A DNA stretch of 64,000 bases from a virus, in the IMG/VR virus record IMGVR_UViG_3300034069_000822. One strand, 5' to 3'. Shown in pieces: positions 7,525 through 17,338 of the stretch; positions within the stretch are counted from its first letter, which is position 1, and every line of letters starts with the position of its first letter. Both the position numbers and the translations under genes were made by a program. The notes beneath the pieces are model-generated. The model was given only the letters and a program-made list of their open reading frames with translations. It was not told where the DNA came from and did no database searches.

Positions 7525-7785
7525 ATGTTCGAAAACCTCTATGAACTTTCCTGCCAGTGGCTGGACCATTGGCAGCTAACGCATCCGAAGCACTGGTGGA
7601 CGTGGTGGCGGACCGACCCTTTCGAGTGGTCGCCCTATATGCCGTTCGGACGAAAAATCCGCGATGAAGCTGGCAACCTGATCGAAGGCAACTGCATGAG
7701 GCGGTTTCGTGATGGCTCTTGGACCTACCGGCCGTTTACCGAAAAAGAATCAGCTGACGACGACATGTGGCACGGGGTCCGCTGA
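7525..7785 (+). CDS. Trp-rich hypothetical protein, 86 aa (moron)
   Basis: GGAG 6 nt upstream of ATG 7525; opposite to the late operon. Confidence 0.6.
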   Translation: MFENLYELSCQWLDHWQLTHPKHWWTWWRTDPFEWSPYMPFGRKIRDEAGNLIEGNCMRRFRDGSWTYRPFTEKESADDDMWHGVR

Positions 7786-7947
7786 CGCCGGATCGTCTCC
7801 CCCTGCTATGCAGATCGCGCCGAAGCGGGTGGTTATGAGTTCCAGATATTAAGCCGGGTCAACGAAAGTACATCTCCGCTGGAATTGCCCAATGGCGATG
7901 TTCCCATCTACTTTGTCGCTAGGGCAAAAAAACAATGGGACTGGGGA

Positions 7948-8469
7948 ATGAAAAAAACCATTGCATGCGTCGTCGCCATAACGCTCACATTCTTGTTGTC
8001 GCCTGTGGCGGCAGATGAGTTTCGCGGTGCTCTGGTTCACAAGAATACCGATGCCGAGCAGATCGTTCCGAATAGCTATTCGCACGCACAGTGGGTGCAG
8101 GTTGAATTTCCTGAGGTCGAATACGACACGAGCGGCTTATGGGACGCGGCAAACCATCAATTCGTAATTCCTGACGGCGTACATTTTGTTCGTCTCTCAG
8201 GACAAATAGTATGGGACCACGACGCTAAGGGCTCGCGGCAGACACTCATTACCAAAAACAATGCCCTTTTCGACGGTTATGCCGCCCAGAACGGGCGAGC
8301 AACTTTTGGTACCACTCCCGATCAAAACGTAGCGACAGCCGTCATTCCGGTAAAAGCAGGAGACACGTTTCAGTTGCAGGCGTGGCATATACGCCAAAAA
8401 CCAACAGGTGCGCCAACTAAGATTTACGGAAATCACGGAACGTGGTTTTCCATAGAAGTAATTGATTGA
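7948..8469 (+). CDS. Secreted C1q/TNF-like jelly-roll protein (moron), 173 aa
   Basis: Signal peptide MKKTIAC...PVAA; WDAANHQFVIPDG..VRLSGQIVW, IPVKAGDTFQLQAWH. Confidence 0.7.
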   Translation: MKKTIACVVAITLTFLLSPVAADEFRGALVHKNTDAEQIVPNSYSHAQWVQVEFPEVEYDTSGLWDAANHQFVIPDGVHFVRLSGQIVWDHDAKGSRQTLITKNNALFDGYAAQNGRATFGTTPDQNVATAVIPVKAGDTFQLQAWHIRQKPTGAPTKIYGNHGTWFSIEVID

Positions 8470-8478
8470 TGACAAGAG

Positions 8479-8506
8479 GCGACCTACGGGCGTCCCAGTA
8501 GGTCGC
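8479..8506. terminator. Hairpin between convergent genes, probable terminator
   Basis: GCGACCTAC/GTAGGTCGC 9-bp stem; no U tract. Confidence 0.5.
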
Positions 8507-8582
8507 ACCATCCCATCATATCGACGGTATGCATCTGAGCATGGCGGGGGTTGCCAATCGTTCCCGTTGTTCTCGGCCGCTA

Positions 8583-9380
8583 CTACGCAAGAACAAGCTG
8601 CAGAGCAGCCTTGATCGAAGCGCACTGAATGTCGTCCCCCGCCATGCTCAGATGCATACCGTCGATATGATTGGCATCGGCTAAGTTCCCCGAATTATCC
8701 ACCAGTTGAGCCTTCGGACGCGCGAACTCCACGCGGGCCGTGCTGCTTGCCCAAGCTAAGCGGATGCGCGCGTTCACAGCATCGACCTGGGCATTGAACC
8801 CGGCGTAATTGGAGCTGACATTGGCAACCAACACCGGCTCATTGACCGGCAAGATTTCGCGGATCACCCATTTGCCAGTGGCCTGAGCCGCAACGCACTG
8901 ATGCATGACGGCGATGTTGTTCAGCTTCGCTTCAAGCGGGTAGGCGTTGTAATAAGCGAAATTCGCCAGTTCATTCACGCCTGATGCCAGCACGACAGCC
9001 CCGGCCCTGTGGATCAGGCCGCCCCTGGAAAGCCGGTTCAGGCATCTGCGAAGGCTCTCACCACCAACGCCGAAGCCCTCGACAAATGGCCCAATCTTCC
9101 ACGTCACCATGTCCTGCACGATGGAATCGCCCAAGACCATGATCGTGCCATTGAGGCAATGCGCCATCTTCCGATCATAATAGCCCAGATCCACCGCCGT
9201 GGGGACGGTGTCATTTGACGTATATCCGAGCGGATAAGGGAGGAGCGCCGTAGGCCACACACCGCCGAGACAATCAACCCCGGTTGGCATGGTGTAGGTC
9301 GACAGGCCGCCGCCGGGAATATTATCGAAAGCAGTAGCGATCGAGCGGAAGGTATCTCCAAGGGAGGTCATGCATTCCAT
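8583..9380 (-). CDS. SGNH/GDSL hydrolase, tail-associated
   Basis: Blocks GDSI, G, GVNE, DGMH. Confidence 0.85.
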   Translation of the reverse strand: MECMTSLGDTFRSIATAFDNIPGGGLSTYTMPTGVDCLGGVWPTALLPYPLGYTSNDTVPTAVDLGYYDRKMAHCLNGTIMVLGDSIVQDMVTWKIGPFVEGFGVGGESLRRCLNRLSRGGLIHRAGAVVLASGVNELANFAYYNAYPLEAKLNNIAVMHQCVAAQATGKWVIREILPVNEPVLVANVSSNYAGFNAQVDAVNARIRLAWASSTARVEFARPKAQLVDNSGNLADANHIDGMHLSMAGDDIQCASIKAALQLVLA

Positions 9381-10969
9381 CCATCAATTGGTACTGAGAA
9401 GCGAAGTTCCACCGGGACGGCGGAGCCAATAACCGTCCCAGGCACAGGGGTCACGCTATCGCGGCCGGCCGAGGCATAGCTGAGATTCACGACGTTCGAA
9501 CCACCAAGCGCCAGAACATAGATGCTCTGCGTGCCGGCAACCTGGGATACTCCCACACCAACAACAGGCCTAAACGTATTCCAGTATGTATCGCAGACGA
9601 CACCGCCACTGAGCCCGTTAAACCCCATCGTCATATCGAACGTCGTCGCAGTAACGGTACCGGTCATAAATGCCACTTCCACTTCCAGATTGGCGCCGAC
9701 ACGTCTTGATCGACATTGAATGCCGGTAGCGGTGCCGATCCCATTAAACGTTGGCGTGTAAGCCACCCACGGGGTCATGAATGAAACCGTGGGTAACGCG
9801 ACGGCGACCTGATACGAGATCACCTTCCAATTGCCCGAGCCGAGTGATTGAACGACTGCACTATCACCGGCGGCGGTCGTGATATTGGCGCGCCCGGGCA
9901 AGATCATGGAAGTGGCATTGTAGGTTAGCGTCAACGCGGCCGAAAACGTCAGGAACCGCAGGGCACCGGCAGGGAGCGTACCAAAGGACGCGATTGTTGT
10001 CGTGCCGGTAATCGTAACCTCGGATGCAGCTACGATTGAAAGATTCGTCGTCGAGGCCGAGGCTATTGTTCCAGTGGACAACGCCAGCGTGGTTGCAGTT
10101 AATGCCTTGGGCGTACTGGCGCCGATAACCATGTTGTCTATGGTGCCAACGGTCGCCGGGTACACGGACACGAGGCCCGAGCCAGTCGGTGACACAATCA
10201 CATTGTAGTTGGCCGGCGAGAGTGTAATAGCACTGCTTGCGGTCAGTGTAGTAAAAGCACCGCTTCCAGCGACAGTCGCCCCGACACTCATGTTATCCAT
10301 GGCACCGGCTGTTGCCGGATTGATGGTGACCACACCGGAGCCTGTCGGCGACAGCGCAACGTTGGCGTTGGCTGGAGAAAGGGTTGTTGCGCCGCTGGCT
10401 GTAAGGGCCCCCGTTACCGTGAACGCTTTTGAGATCGTCAGCAGGTTGTTTGAGTGGGTTACGGTGACGTTGCCGTTGGCGAAGTTGATGGCTGCCCCAC
10501 TGGCCAAGAATAGGCCCGACCATTGCAGGGTCGTTGACCCGAGCGATCCACCATTGTTAGAGACTGGCGTGATCCCTCCCGACGCGGAAAGGCTTGTAAA
10601 GGTTCCAGCCCTCGCCGTAGTCCCTCCGATGACCATATTGTCGATCGTGCCGGGACTCACCGGATTGATGTTGGTGATGCTGTTGCCGGCAACCAGCGGT
10701 CCAACGCTGACATTGTTCACCTGGATGAACAATCCGGTGGATGCCAACCACATATCGCCGTTATTGGGATTGGCTGGCGCGACACCTTGGTAGAGGCGAA
10801 AGCCGGAACTCTGTGCCGTTGACGCAGCGATAGACAGCTTCCCGACCATCGTGCCGCCCGCCTGATTGAGGGGCGTGTAGTCGAGATTGTCCTGCTTGTT
10901 GCCGAAGGCGTTGTTCCATTGGGCAGTCGTCGGAACAAAGCCGTAAGACCAGTTTGGATTCCAGCTCAT
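9368..10969 (-). CDS. Tail fibre/spike-like protein with internal repeats, 533 aa
   Basis: Thr/Gly/Ser-rich; repeats TLSPAN.NV..SPTGSG.V...PAT.G..DNM; position in the fibre region. Confidence 0.75.
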   Translation of the reverse strand: MSWNPNWSYGFVPTTAQWNNAFGNKQDNLDYTPLNQAGGTMVGKLSIAASTAQSSGFRLYQGVAPANPNNGDMWLASTGLFIQVNNVSVGPLVAGNSITNINPVSPGTIDNMVIGGTTARAGTFTSLSASGGITPVSNNGGSLGSTTLQWSGLFLASGAAINFANGNVTVTHSNNLLTISKAFTVTGALTASGATTLSPANANVALSPTGSGVVTINPATAGAMDNMSVGATVAGSGAFTTLTASSAITLSPANYNVIVSPTGSGLVSVYPATVGTIDNMVIGASTPKALTATTLALSTGTIASASTTNLSIVAASEVTITGTTTIASFGTLPAGALRFLTFSAALTLTYNATSMILPGRANITTAAGDSAVVQSLGSGNWKVISYQVAVALPTVSFMTPWVAYTPTFNGIGTATGIQCRSRRVGANLEVEVAFMTGTVTATTFDMTMGFNGLSGGVVCDTYWNTFRPVVGVGVSQVAGTQSIYVLALGGSNVVNLSYASAGRDSVTPVPGTVIGSAVPVELRFSVPIDGWNA

Positions 10970-10980
10970 TCAGATCAACC

Positions 10981-12105
10981 TCAGACAGTCGTGAGACGTT
11001 GGAATGCAACACGATTGACGAGCGTCATGGGTTGTGTTGCCCCTGAAACTTGGAAGCCCCACAGGTCGAAAACATCTCCGACCAAAACATCCTTGATTTC
11101 AGCGGCACCGCCGAAGAGCTGGCTAATAACCGTCGTGCTCAAGCGGAGAGAGCTCGAAGATAGTTCGTTGCCATTGTAATGGAGCCCAAAGGTAAGAGCC
11201 GTAGCTTGGGCTGAAACCATAGTGCCCCCAAGGGTGGCGAAGATGTTGTAGCGCCCAGCCCGCTGGCAAACCACGGTGTTCCCAGTCTGAACAAAATCGC
11301 CTTGGCCGTCGTCGGAAAACGACGTGATTGGCAACGTCGTGATGGTATTGTCCGCCATGCTGAAGGGCGAACCAAAGCTATACGCGGATGCGAAACGAGT
11401 GACGGATGTTAGTGAGATGTTTCCCGCGTCGACCCCTTGGAGCAGGAAGTTCGTGCCATCATAGACCGCGCCGTAAATCTTGCCGGTTTTGAGCCGGATG
11501 AGCGGCAAAAGGTTTTTGTTACCGAGCCCATTGGCGTTGAGGGTAAGTGCGCCGGTGCTGTCAGCCGTCGCCTTGAAGTAGATCACCGTACCGGCCGTGT
11601 AGGCAGGAAGCGCTGGCGCCAATGCCACCGTCAGGGCATTGGCTGTCCCGCCCGCGACGGCATAATTCCACTTTCCGGACTGCACATCAGTGGATATCGC
11701 GATCTGAACCCAGTTCACCCCCCCGGAATCCGGGTTCGTGATGTTGTCGTCGACTAGATTGAGCCACACCACACCTGCCGTCGAAGCACTGGCAAGCAGG
11801 GCTGATTTTGGATACCCGCCAACGGTTGTCGAGAATGTCCCGTCGTAGGTCGCAAGACCACCAGCACCCTGCCACTGACTCCAAAGCGTGATCTGCTTCA
11901 GAATGCCGTTCATATCCTGACCGAAGGGGGGCACGCCGCCCGCGCCAACGGGAAGGAAATTCATCGGCGGGAACCCCGTCGTAAGCGAGGCGGCACCGTC
12001 CTGAACACCGATCTGGGATGCCTCCGGTACTGGCCGCACGTAGCCGCCGCCAGCGCCGTTCGCAAAAGGGATGTTGAACCTTGCGGGAAGGTTGGAAAGT
12101 TTCAT
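10981..12105 (-). CDS. Baseplate-attached tail fibre protein with a C-terminal C1q-like domain
   Basis: Conserved N-terminus IPFA...SQIG..DGAASLTTGFPP..GGVPPFGQDMNGIL; C-terminus CQRAGRYNIFA...VGDVFDLWG. Confidence 0.8.
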   Translation of the reverse strand: MKLSNLPARFNIPFANGAGGGYVRPVPEASQIGVQDGAASLTTGFPPMNFLPVGAGGVPPFGQDMNGILKQITLWSQWQGAGGLATYDGTFSTTVGGYPKSALLASASTAGVVWLNLVDDNITNPDSGGVNWVQIAISTDVQSGKWNYAVAGGTANALTVALAPALPAYTAGTVIYFKATADSTGALTLNANGLGNKNLLPLIRLKTGKIYGAVYDGTNFLLQGVDAGNISLTSVTRFASAYSFGSPFSMADNTITTLPITSFSDDGQGDFVQTGNTVVCQRAGRYNIFATLGGTMVSAQATALTFGLHYNGNELSSSSLRLSTTVISQLFGGAAEIKDVLVGDVFDLWGFQVSGATQPMTLVNRVAFQRLTTV

Positions 12106-12121
12106 GACTGCCTCGAGGAGT

Positions 12122-12871
12122 TCAGAGAATGACGATGGCGGCCGCGACGCCGGTAGGCTTCGGCAAAACGCCTGAATTCTGGACGATGGCGAGTTCGACA
12201 GGGCTAAGCGGGAACTCGAACGTGTATGTCATCGTCATGGTTGTAATCGGCGAACCCGAGTAGAATGCCGCTTGATTGAAACCTTGGGCATTGACGGATT
12301 CCGCAAACCCGAACCACGTACCTTGCTGCTTGCCTTCGGTGACGTATGTGTTGCCACGATGAGGAAACAGATCCATCAGAATGCGGTTGATCGCCGGGAT
12401 TGATCCGCTTGTGATGTTGGCTGCGGCCTTGGCAATGATCAGCGTTCGATAGGACGCATCGGATAGCGCGAAGTTATCGGTGAGCGTCTGACCTGAGTAG
12501 AGCGCTGACTGTCCGAAGGTGAATGAGCCTGGCAGCGCCTCGTCGTATCCGAACCAGTCGCCATTGACGACCTTCAGGACGCGATTGACACCAACAATTC
12601 GCCCCCAGCAATCTAAGCCGTATCCTTGGGCGGTATCGAGGTTCATCACCAGATCGAAGAAGGCTTCGATGTTTTGGGTCTGATCGACGTATTCGAAGAT
12701 GTTTTCGATCAGCGTCGTAAGCACTGGTGAATTTGCGTACTGGCTGATGATTGTCTGCCAGACATCGAAGCTCGAAATGCCCCCGATCTGGCTAACGCCA
12801 ATCTTGAAGAGCCCAACGCCATTCGACCCGGGAAGCGGCCCAGGCGGGTAATCCGGTCCTGTATCTGCCAT
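12122..12871 (-). CDS. Baseplate wedge protein, DUF2612 family
   Basis: IISQYANSP, NLDTAQGYGLD.WGRIVG, LSD..YR.LI..KA motifs. Confidence 0.85.
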   Translation of the reverse strand: MADTGPDYPPGPLPGSNGVGLFKIGVSQIGGISSFDVWQTIISQYANSPVLTTLIENIFEYVDQTQNIEAFFDLVMNLDTAQGYGLDCWGRIVGVNRVLKVVNGDWFGYDEALPGSFTFGQSALYSGQTLTDNFALSDASYRTLIIAKAAANITSGSIPAINRILMDLFPHRGNTYVTEGKQQGTWFGFAESVNAQGFNQAAFYSGSPITTMTMTYTFEFPLSPVELAIVQNSGVLPKPTGVAAAIVIL

Positions 12872-12875
12872 GAGA

Positions 12876-14312
12876 TCAGCTCAGCGTGACCGCAACATCG
12901 GCAGCCGTCACCGTTGGGATTTGGTTGATGTTGATACCGATCTCAAACAGGTTCGCTGCTACGGTCTGCATGGTTTCGGTCGCAACGGTCAGGCTGTTGC
13001 TCAGCGTGTAAGTGCCTGTGCCTCCTGTGCCCGTGCCCAAGGCGATGATGGATGTGCCAGCCACCACGGCACCCGAAGCATCAAGCACGTTTTGCCCAAC
13101 GGCCAAGGTTCCCGATGAGATAGCCGAGACCGTCAACGTGTTGCCATTGATCGATCCCGTGAACGTGGCTGCCGCCGCATTTGTGGATCCGATCCTGATC
13201 GAGACAATCTGTGCCCACGGTCCAAGAAGTGAGATCGGAGCGTAGAACCGGCTCGCAAAGACTGGAGCACCGATCTTTGCTCGCAGACCGCCGTCGAGCC
13301 CGGCGAAAGCACCAACAATGGCATTTCGAATTTGTGTCGCGGCATCGGCCGGTACCAGCGTCGAGTTGTTGATGTTGACGTTGAAGATGATCCGAAGCGG
13401 GTTCGGAATTTGATATGAGACGGAGTATGCCGGATAGGGCGGCACATATCCGGGGCTCTGATCGAGGACGACGACCGAAGTATTGCCGTTATAAGCGCAT
13501 CCCGGCGACTTCTTCGACCAGATGGCACGAACAATGTCATTGGGCGCTCCGCCCGCTGCCGCGACATAGAGCGAGTTCGGTAGCAACGACACTCCGCCAA
13601 TCACCTGCGGGGCGTTGCTGGTGTTCTCGGTAACGTAGGCGTCAATAACGCCAGGAACCGTCAGAACAGCACCCAGAACCGATGGAAGAGTTCCGATGGA
13701 ATTGTGAGCGACAGATGCGGCGCGCCTTGCTTCGAACGCGGCTCGTGATTCCACATTGTTGCCAAGCACGCCGGCACTTGGATTGTTGATCGAATCCCAA
13801 CCAGGAATAGATTGATAGACCTGATTGAGCGTATCGGCGGGGCATGGGATCGGACCCGGAAGAACGCAATCGAACGGCAACGTGATCTGTCCCGAAACCG
13901 GGATGACCCCGTCTTGGGTGCAGACATAGCGATTGCCGTCCGCCGCAACTGCCAAGGCCCCCTGCGGGATCAGCACGCCCTGTAGGCCGGTGCAGAGACA
14001 TTGAACCGTTGTTGGCTGCGCCGGATTGCGCGAGATGAAGTAGATGCGCGCCAGCGCGTCCTGATAGCGGCCAAAGGCGAAGGCCGGATCGAACATCTGG
14101 GTCAGAAAGAGAAAATCGGCATCGGTGTTAAGAACAACAGCCGCTTCGCTCGATGCAAGCTGCCCTTGAGGCGTCTCCAGGGACGGATTGAGGCCGCCGC
14201 CAAAGGCAGAGTTGATATCCGCCTGCACGCCGTCCAACACTTGCTGCGAGGACGGAATGACAAAACCCCGCGGCCCGAACGTCGGGCGCGGCACATTGGA
14301 CGTTGTTGCCAT
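12876..14312 (-). CDS. Baseplate J-like protein
   Basis: [37 protein letters not shown]. Confidence 0.85.
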   Translation of the reverse strand: MATTSNVPRPTFGPRGFVIPSSQQVLDGVQADINSAFGGGLNPSLETPQGQLASSEAAVVLNTDADFLFLTQMFDPAFAFGRYQDALARIYFISRNPAQPTTVQCLCTGLQGVLIPQGALAVAADGNRYVCTQDGVIPVSGQITLPFDCVLPGPIPCPADTLNQVYQSIPGWDSINNPSAGVLGNNVESRAAFEARRAASVAHNSIGTLPSVLGAVLTVPGVIDAYVTENTSNAPQVIGGVSLLPNSLYVAAAGGAPNDIVRAIWSKKSPGCAYNGNTSVVVLDQSPGYVPPYPAYSVSYQIPNPLRIIFNVNINNSTLVPADAATQIRNAIVGAFAGLDGGLRAKIGAPVFASRFYAPISLLGPWAQIVSIRIGSTNAAAATFTGSINGNTLTVSAISSGTLAVGQNVLDASGAVVAGTSIIALGTGTGGTGTYTLSNSLTVATETMQTVAANLFEIGININQIPTVTAADVAVTLS

Positions 14313-14662
14313 CAGAACGAAGCTGCCGTGACGTTGCCGTTGCTGTCTTTGACCTGAACCTGGCCCCGGACGGTTCGGTCAGTCCATTCCGAGATGTAGG
14401 CGACTGCCGAGACGACGCCCGGCACGGTCATTGCCGACCGGACGAACCACGCCTTCATCAAAGAGATCGGCGGAGCCTGCCCCAAAATCTGATCGAAATA
14501 CGGAATGCCCGGTCGGGTATCGAAGTAGAGTTCACCCTGAAACAGGCGGATTGCGCTCGCCGCATCTTGGGCCAAAGCGTAGGGTTCAGCGGCCAGTGCG
14601 ATATTGCCCGACGCATCAATCTTCAAATCCCATGCGCTGGGCTCAAGCATCAGCGTCTTCAT
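14312..14662 (-). CDS. Baseplate gp25/W-like wedge subunit, 116 aa
   Basis: WDL..D..GNIA....PYA.AQD, LFQGE.Y.D...GIPY; true start MKTLM. Confidence 0.8.
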   Translation of the reverse strand: MKTLMLEPSAWDLKIDASGNIALAAEPYALAQDAASAIRLFQGELYFDTRPGIPYFDQILGQAPPISLMKAWFVRSAMTVPGVVSAVAYISEWTDRTVRGQVQVKDSNGNVTAASF

Positions 14663-14663
14663 C

Positions 14664-15323
14664 TCAGGTTCCCGGAACAGGCTGTGCCGTATTGCCACCA
14701 CCCGGAACGACACCGGAGTGGAGATGATTAAGCAAGGAAACGTAGCCGCCACCGAAGCCCGCGACAACGTCGCCGGTCACGTGTAGCGTGCCGGTGATCT
14801 TGATGATGCCGCCAGAGTTCATCTCGATCACGTTCCCGTTCTTGTCGGCCACAGTCACGCCATCGGCGCGGAAGTGAACGAATTGATCCGGATTGTTCGG
14901 ATTGAGCATCCCGCGCTGGTAGACGCTGTCGGCTAGATTGTGGCGCCGCTTGCTGCCCGGATTCGACTGAGCACCATCGTTCGATTTCAGTGCGGAGATG
15001 TCACGATCAGCGACCGATACCAGACCGACATCGCCGACGACCGGATCATTGATGATGGCGTTGCCGCCACCCTGGTTTCTGGAGACGGCGACGCCATAGA
15101 TGATGCCGTGATCGGTCTTCTTGCCAACACCATCGGTCTGATTGACCATGATTTGCACGTCGACTGTCGGGGGCTTGCCGACGCCACCACCATGTTTGGC
15201 AATGACCTTGACGGGAATGTTTGTCCGGACTTGTGCCAGTGCCTGTCGAATTTGAAACTCGACAGTGTTGCTGTCGCCGGCAGCGTCGGAAACGCCCTGT
15301 TGACCGAAAAAGCTCTCACTCAT
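14664..15323 (-). CDS. Baseplate central spike (Gp138-like N-terminus), 219 aa
   Basis: OB-fold-like N-terminus; C-terminal HxH metal tip SLLNHLHSGV. Confidence 0.85.
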   Translation of the reverse strand: MSESFFGQQGVSDAAGDSNTVEFQIRQALAQVRTNIPVKVIAKHGGGVGKPPTVDVQIMVNQTDGVGKKTDHGIIYGVAVSRNQGGGNAIINDPVVGDVGLVSVADRDISALKSNDGAQSNPGSKRRHNLADSVYQRGMLNPNNPDQFVHFRADGVTVADKNGNVIEMNSGGIIKITGTLHVTGDVVAGFGGGYVSLLNHLHSGVVPGGGNTAQPVPGT

Positions 15324-16186
15324 CCGACCGTCTCCGACATTTGATAGCAGCTCACGATCGTGAACCATTTGCCTTTCGGCACCTCGGCGTCGAGGTAGTG
15401 GAATAGCTGACCGACCTTCCACTTCCCGCGTGCCGATGTGAGATCAGACTGGATTTCGACCTGCCCGCCCATCTTGTACGCCGGGTTGAAGAGACACTGA
15501 CAAATGACCTGGGCCTCATTAAACATCGGATATCCGACGAGACCGGTGGTCGGAGAAATCAGTACCGCCTCGCCCTGTCTCGGTTTTCCGGGCGGGGAGA
15601 TTGCGAGTGTTCCGCGATCAATGATCCATTCGATGCCAGCATCTCGGGCGATATTGGCGGCTTGTTGGAATGGCGTTCCCGCATAATACGGGTTGGCCAG
15701 TTTCACACTGACGCCGTTGCTCTCGAAGGTGAGGTTCATCTGGCCGGCGATCTGGCTCATCATCTGAGCGACATCGCCACTGCCGTTGATCGACATCGGC
15801 GTCGCCGGTTTGACCTTGTCAAATCCACCAGGTACGGCCTGGATACGAAACGCCACTTCCGGCATTGCTCGCGCATCGACGAATGCTCGAAAAATCTGGC
15901 CTTGGAAGACAAGATGCATTCCCATCTCATCATCGCCAGCCTGCACAGTAATTGTGTTCAGTAGCGACTTATTCAGATCCCTGCCGACGTTGCTCAGTTG
16001 GTTCATCAGGCTAAGGGGAAGCCCGTAGATTGCCATCTGCATATTGGACTGGCTGAAGCCGCCGTTGACTTCGATGATGCACGACGTGCGCAGGCCTTTC
16101 AGCGCTGCAGTGTTACCGCCGCCGATGCTGAATTGTCCGCTCGCCAGCGAGATGTCCGTCACGATGCGCTTTTTCGTGAAGGACAT
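15320..16186 (-). CDS. Baseplate hub protein
   Basis: Position upstream of the spike; IYGL...LMNQLS, LISPTTGL.GYP. Confidence 0.8.
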   Translation of the reverse strand: MSFTKKRIVTDISLASGQFSIGGGNTAALKGLRTSCIIEVNGGFSQSNMQMAIYGLPLSLMNQLSNVGRDLNKSLLNTITVQAGDDEMGMHLVFQGQIFRAFVDARAMPEVAFRIQAVPGGFDKVKPATPMSINGSGDVAQMMSQIAGQMNLTFESNGVSVKLANPYYAGTPFQQAANIARDAGIEWIIDRGTLAISPPGKPRQGEAVLISPTTGLVGYPMFNEAQVICQCLFNPAYKMGGQVEIQSDLTSARGKWKVGQLFHYLDAEVPKGKWFTIVSCYQMSETVG

Positions 16187-16217
16187 ATGGAGTTCCGATC
16201 AATGAGCGTGGCTATTT

Positions 16218-16261
16218 TGTAAGGTAGTGCTTGACATATTTCCGTAAGCTGGTACCTTACA
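16218..16261 (+). promoter_or_regulatory. higBA promoter and palindromic operator
   Basis: TTGACA 16231-36 and TACCTT 16253-58; 9-bp inverted repeat TGTAAGGTA (16218-26) / TACCTTACA (16253-61); inner GTAAG-N7-CTTAC. Confidence 0.7.
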
Positions 16262-16264
16262 GAA

Positions 16265-16543
16265 ATGATCGTGTCGTTCCGAAACAAAGCCCTGCAACGG
16301 TTCTTCGAGACCGGAAACCCACGCGGTCTGAGTGTTCAGGATGACAAGCGAGTGTCCCGCATCCTGCGCGCGCTTGAAGCTGCGTCTGCACCGGAAGACA
16401 TGGACCTTCCTGGCTATCGTTTTCACGGCCTCTCAGGTCAGGACAAGGGCCGCTATTCGGTCCGCGTTACCGGCAATTGGCGCATCACATTCGGCTGGGA
16501 CGGCGAACACGTCACCAACGTTGAATTAGAGGATTACCACTGA
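16265..16543 (+). CDS. higB: HigB-family toxin (plasmid maintenance system killer)
   Basis: MIVSFRNKAL.RFF..G, PGYRFH.L.G...YSVRVTGNWRITF; toxin precedes antitoxin. Confidence 0.93.
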   Translation: MIVSFRNKALQRFFETGNPRGLSVQDDKRVSRILRALEAASAPEDMDLPGYRFHGLSGQDKGRYSVRVTGNWRITFGWDGEHVTNVELEDYH

Positions 16544-16851
16544 TGACTACATCATCTCCTATCAAGCGCGGGCTTCCCCCGATGCATCCGGGGGAACTTC
16601 TGCGCGAAGACATCATTCCTGCGCTGGATAAGTCCAAGACTGAGATCGCAAAGATGCTCGGCATCAGCAGACAGACGCTCTACGACATTATCGACGAGAA
16701 GCAGCCCGTGACCGTCACGATGGCCCTCCGGTTCGGAAAATTGCTCGGAAACAGCCCGTTCTTCTGGCTGAATCTCCAGCAGGCATATGATCTGGAACGG
16801 GCCGAACGCGAGGTTGATGTCTCGGCAATTCCGACTCTTAAGGTCGCCTAG
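16543..16851 (+). CDS. higA: HigA-family antitoxin (XRE HTH)
   Basis: HPGELLREDI, MALRFGKLLGNSPFFWLNLQQAYDL. Confidence 0.93.
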   Translation: MTTSSPIKRGLPPMHPGELLREDIIPALDKSKTEIAKMLGISRQTLYDIIDEKQPVTVTMALRFGKLLGNSPFFWLNLQQAYDLERAEREVDVSAIPTLKVA

Positions 16852-16914
16852 CCCGACTACTTCAGAATCTCCAATCCAACGGATATGGTTGTCCCCATCT
16901 CAACGGGGGCAACC

Positions 16915-17334
16915 ATGGTTTTTGCTCGGATTCTGACTACTCTTCTCGCGATCGTAGCAGGCGTACTGTCCGCCGCTGCAACCGAAATCCCGCCTGGCAA
17001 GGTGGGAAACTATGAATACTGCCTTCGAATGCTTGGCGGCGCCACACCCGAGGCAGCCATAGTCAACTGCAATGGCACCTTCAGCCCTTATGTTTCCATA
17101 TGCCAGAGCAAGGGCCACACCCAGTTCGCTTGCACTCAAGACGCGACTGCAATGGCCTATGCCGTGTTCTGGGAAGGCGCAAATGAGCGCTGCCGAGGTG
17201 GAACTGAAGAACCGGCGACTTCCGACGCATGTGACGAACGGCAGGTCTATTCTGAAAAGCTCCAAAGCATGCACTGGTGTGAAGGACATGCCCCAAACCA
17301 GCGATCGATGCTTAACTGGTCCCGCTGTGACTGA
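16915..17334 (+). CDS. Secreted Cys-rich hypothetical protein (8 Cys), moron
   Basis: Signal peptide MVFARILTTLLAIVAGVLSAAA; GGGGG purine run upstream. Confidence 0.65.
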   Translation: MVFARILTTLLAIVAGVLSAAATEIPPGKVGNYEYCLRMLGGATPEAAIVNCNGTFSPYVSICQSKGHTQFACTQDATAMAYAVFWEGANERCRGGTEEPATSDACDERQVYSEKLQSMHWCEGHAPNQRSMLNWSRCD

Positions 17335-17338
17335 TCAA

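Noticed and set aside
8583-12105. Diversity-generating retroelement or invertible fibre cassette
   Set aside because: No reverse transcriptase, template/variable repeat pair, invertase or flanking inverted repeats seen
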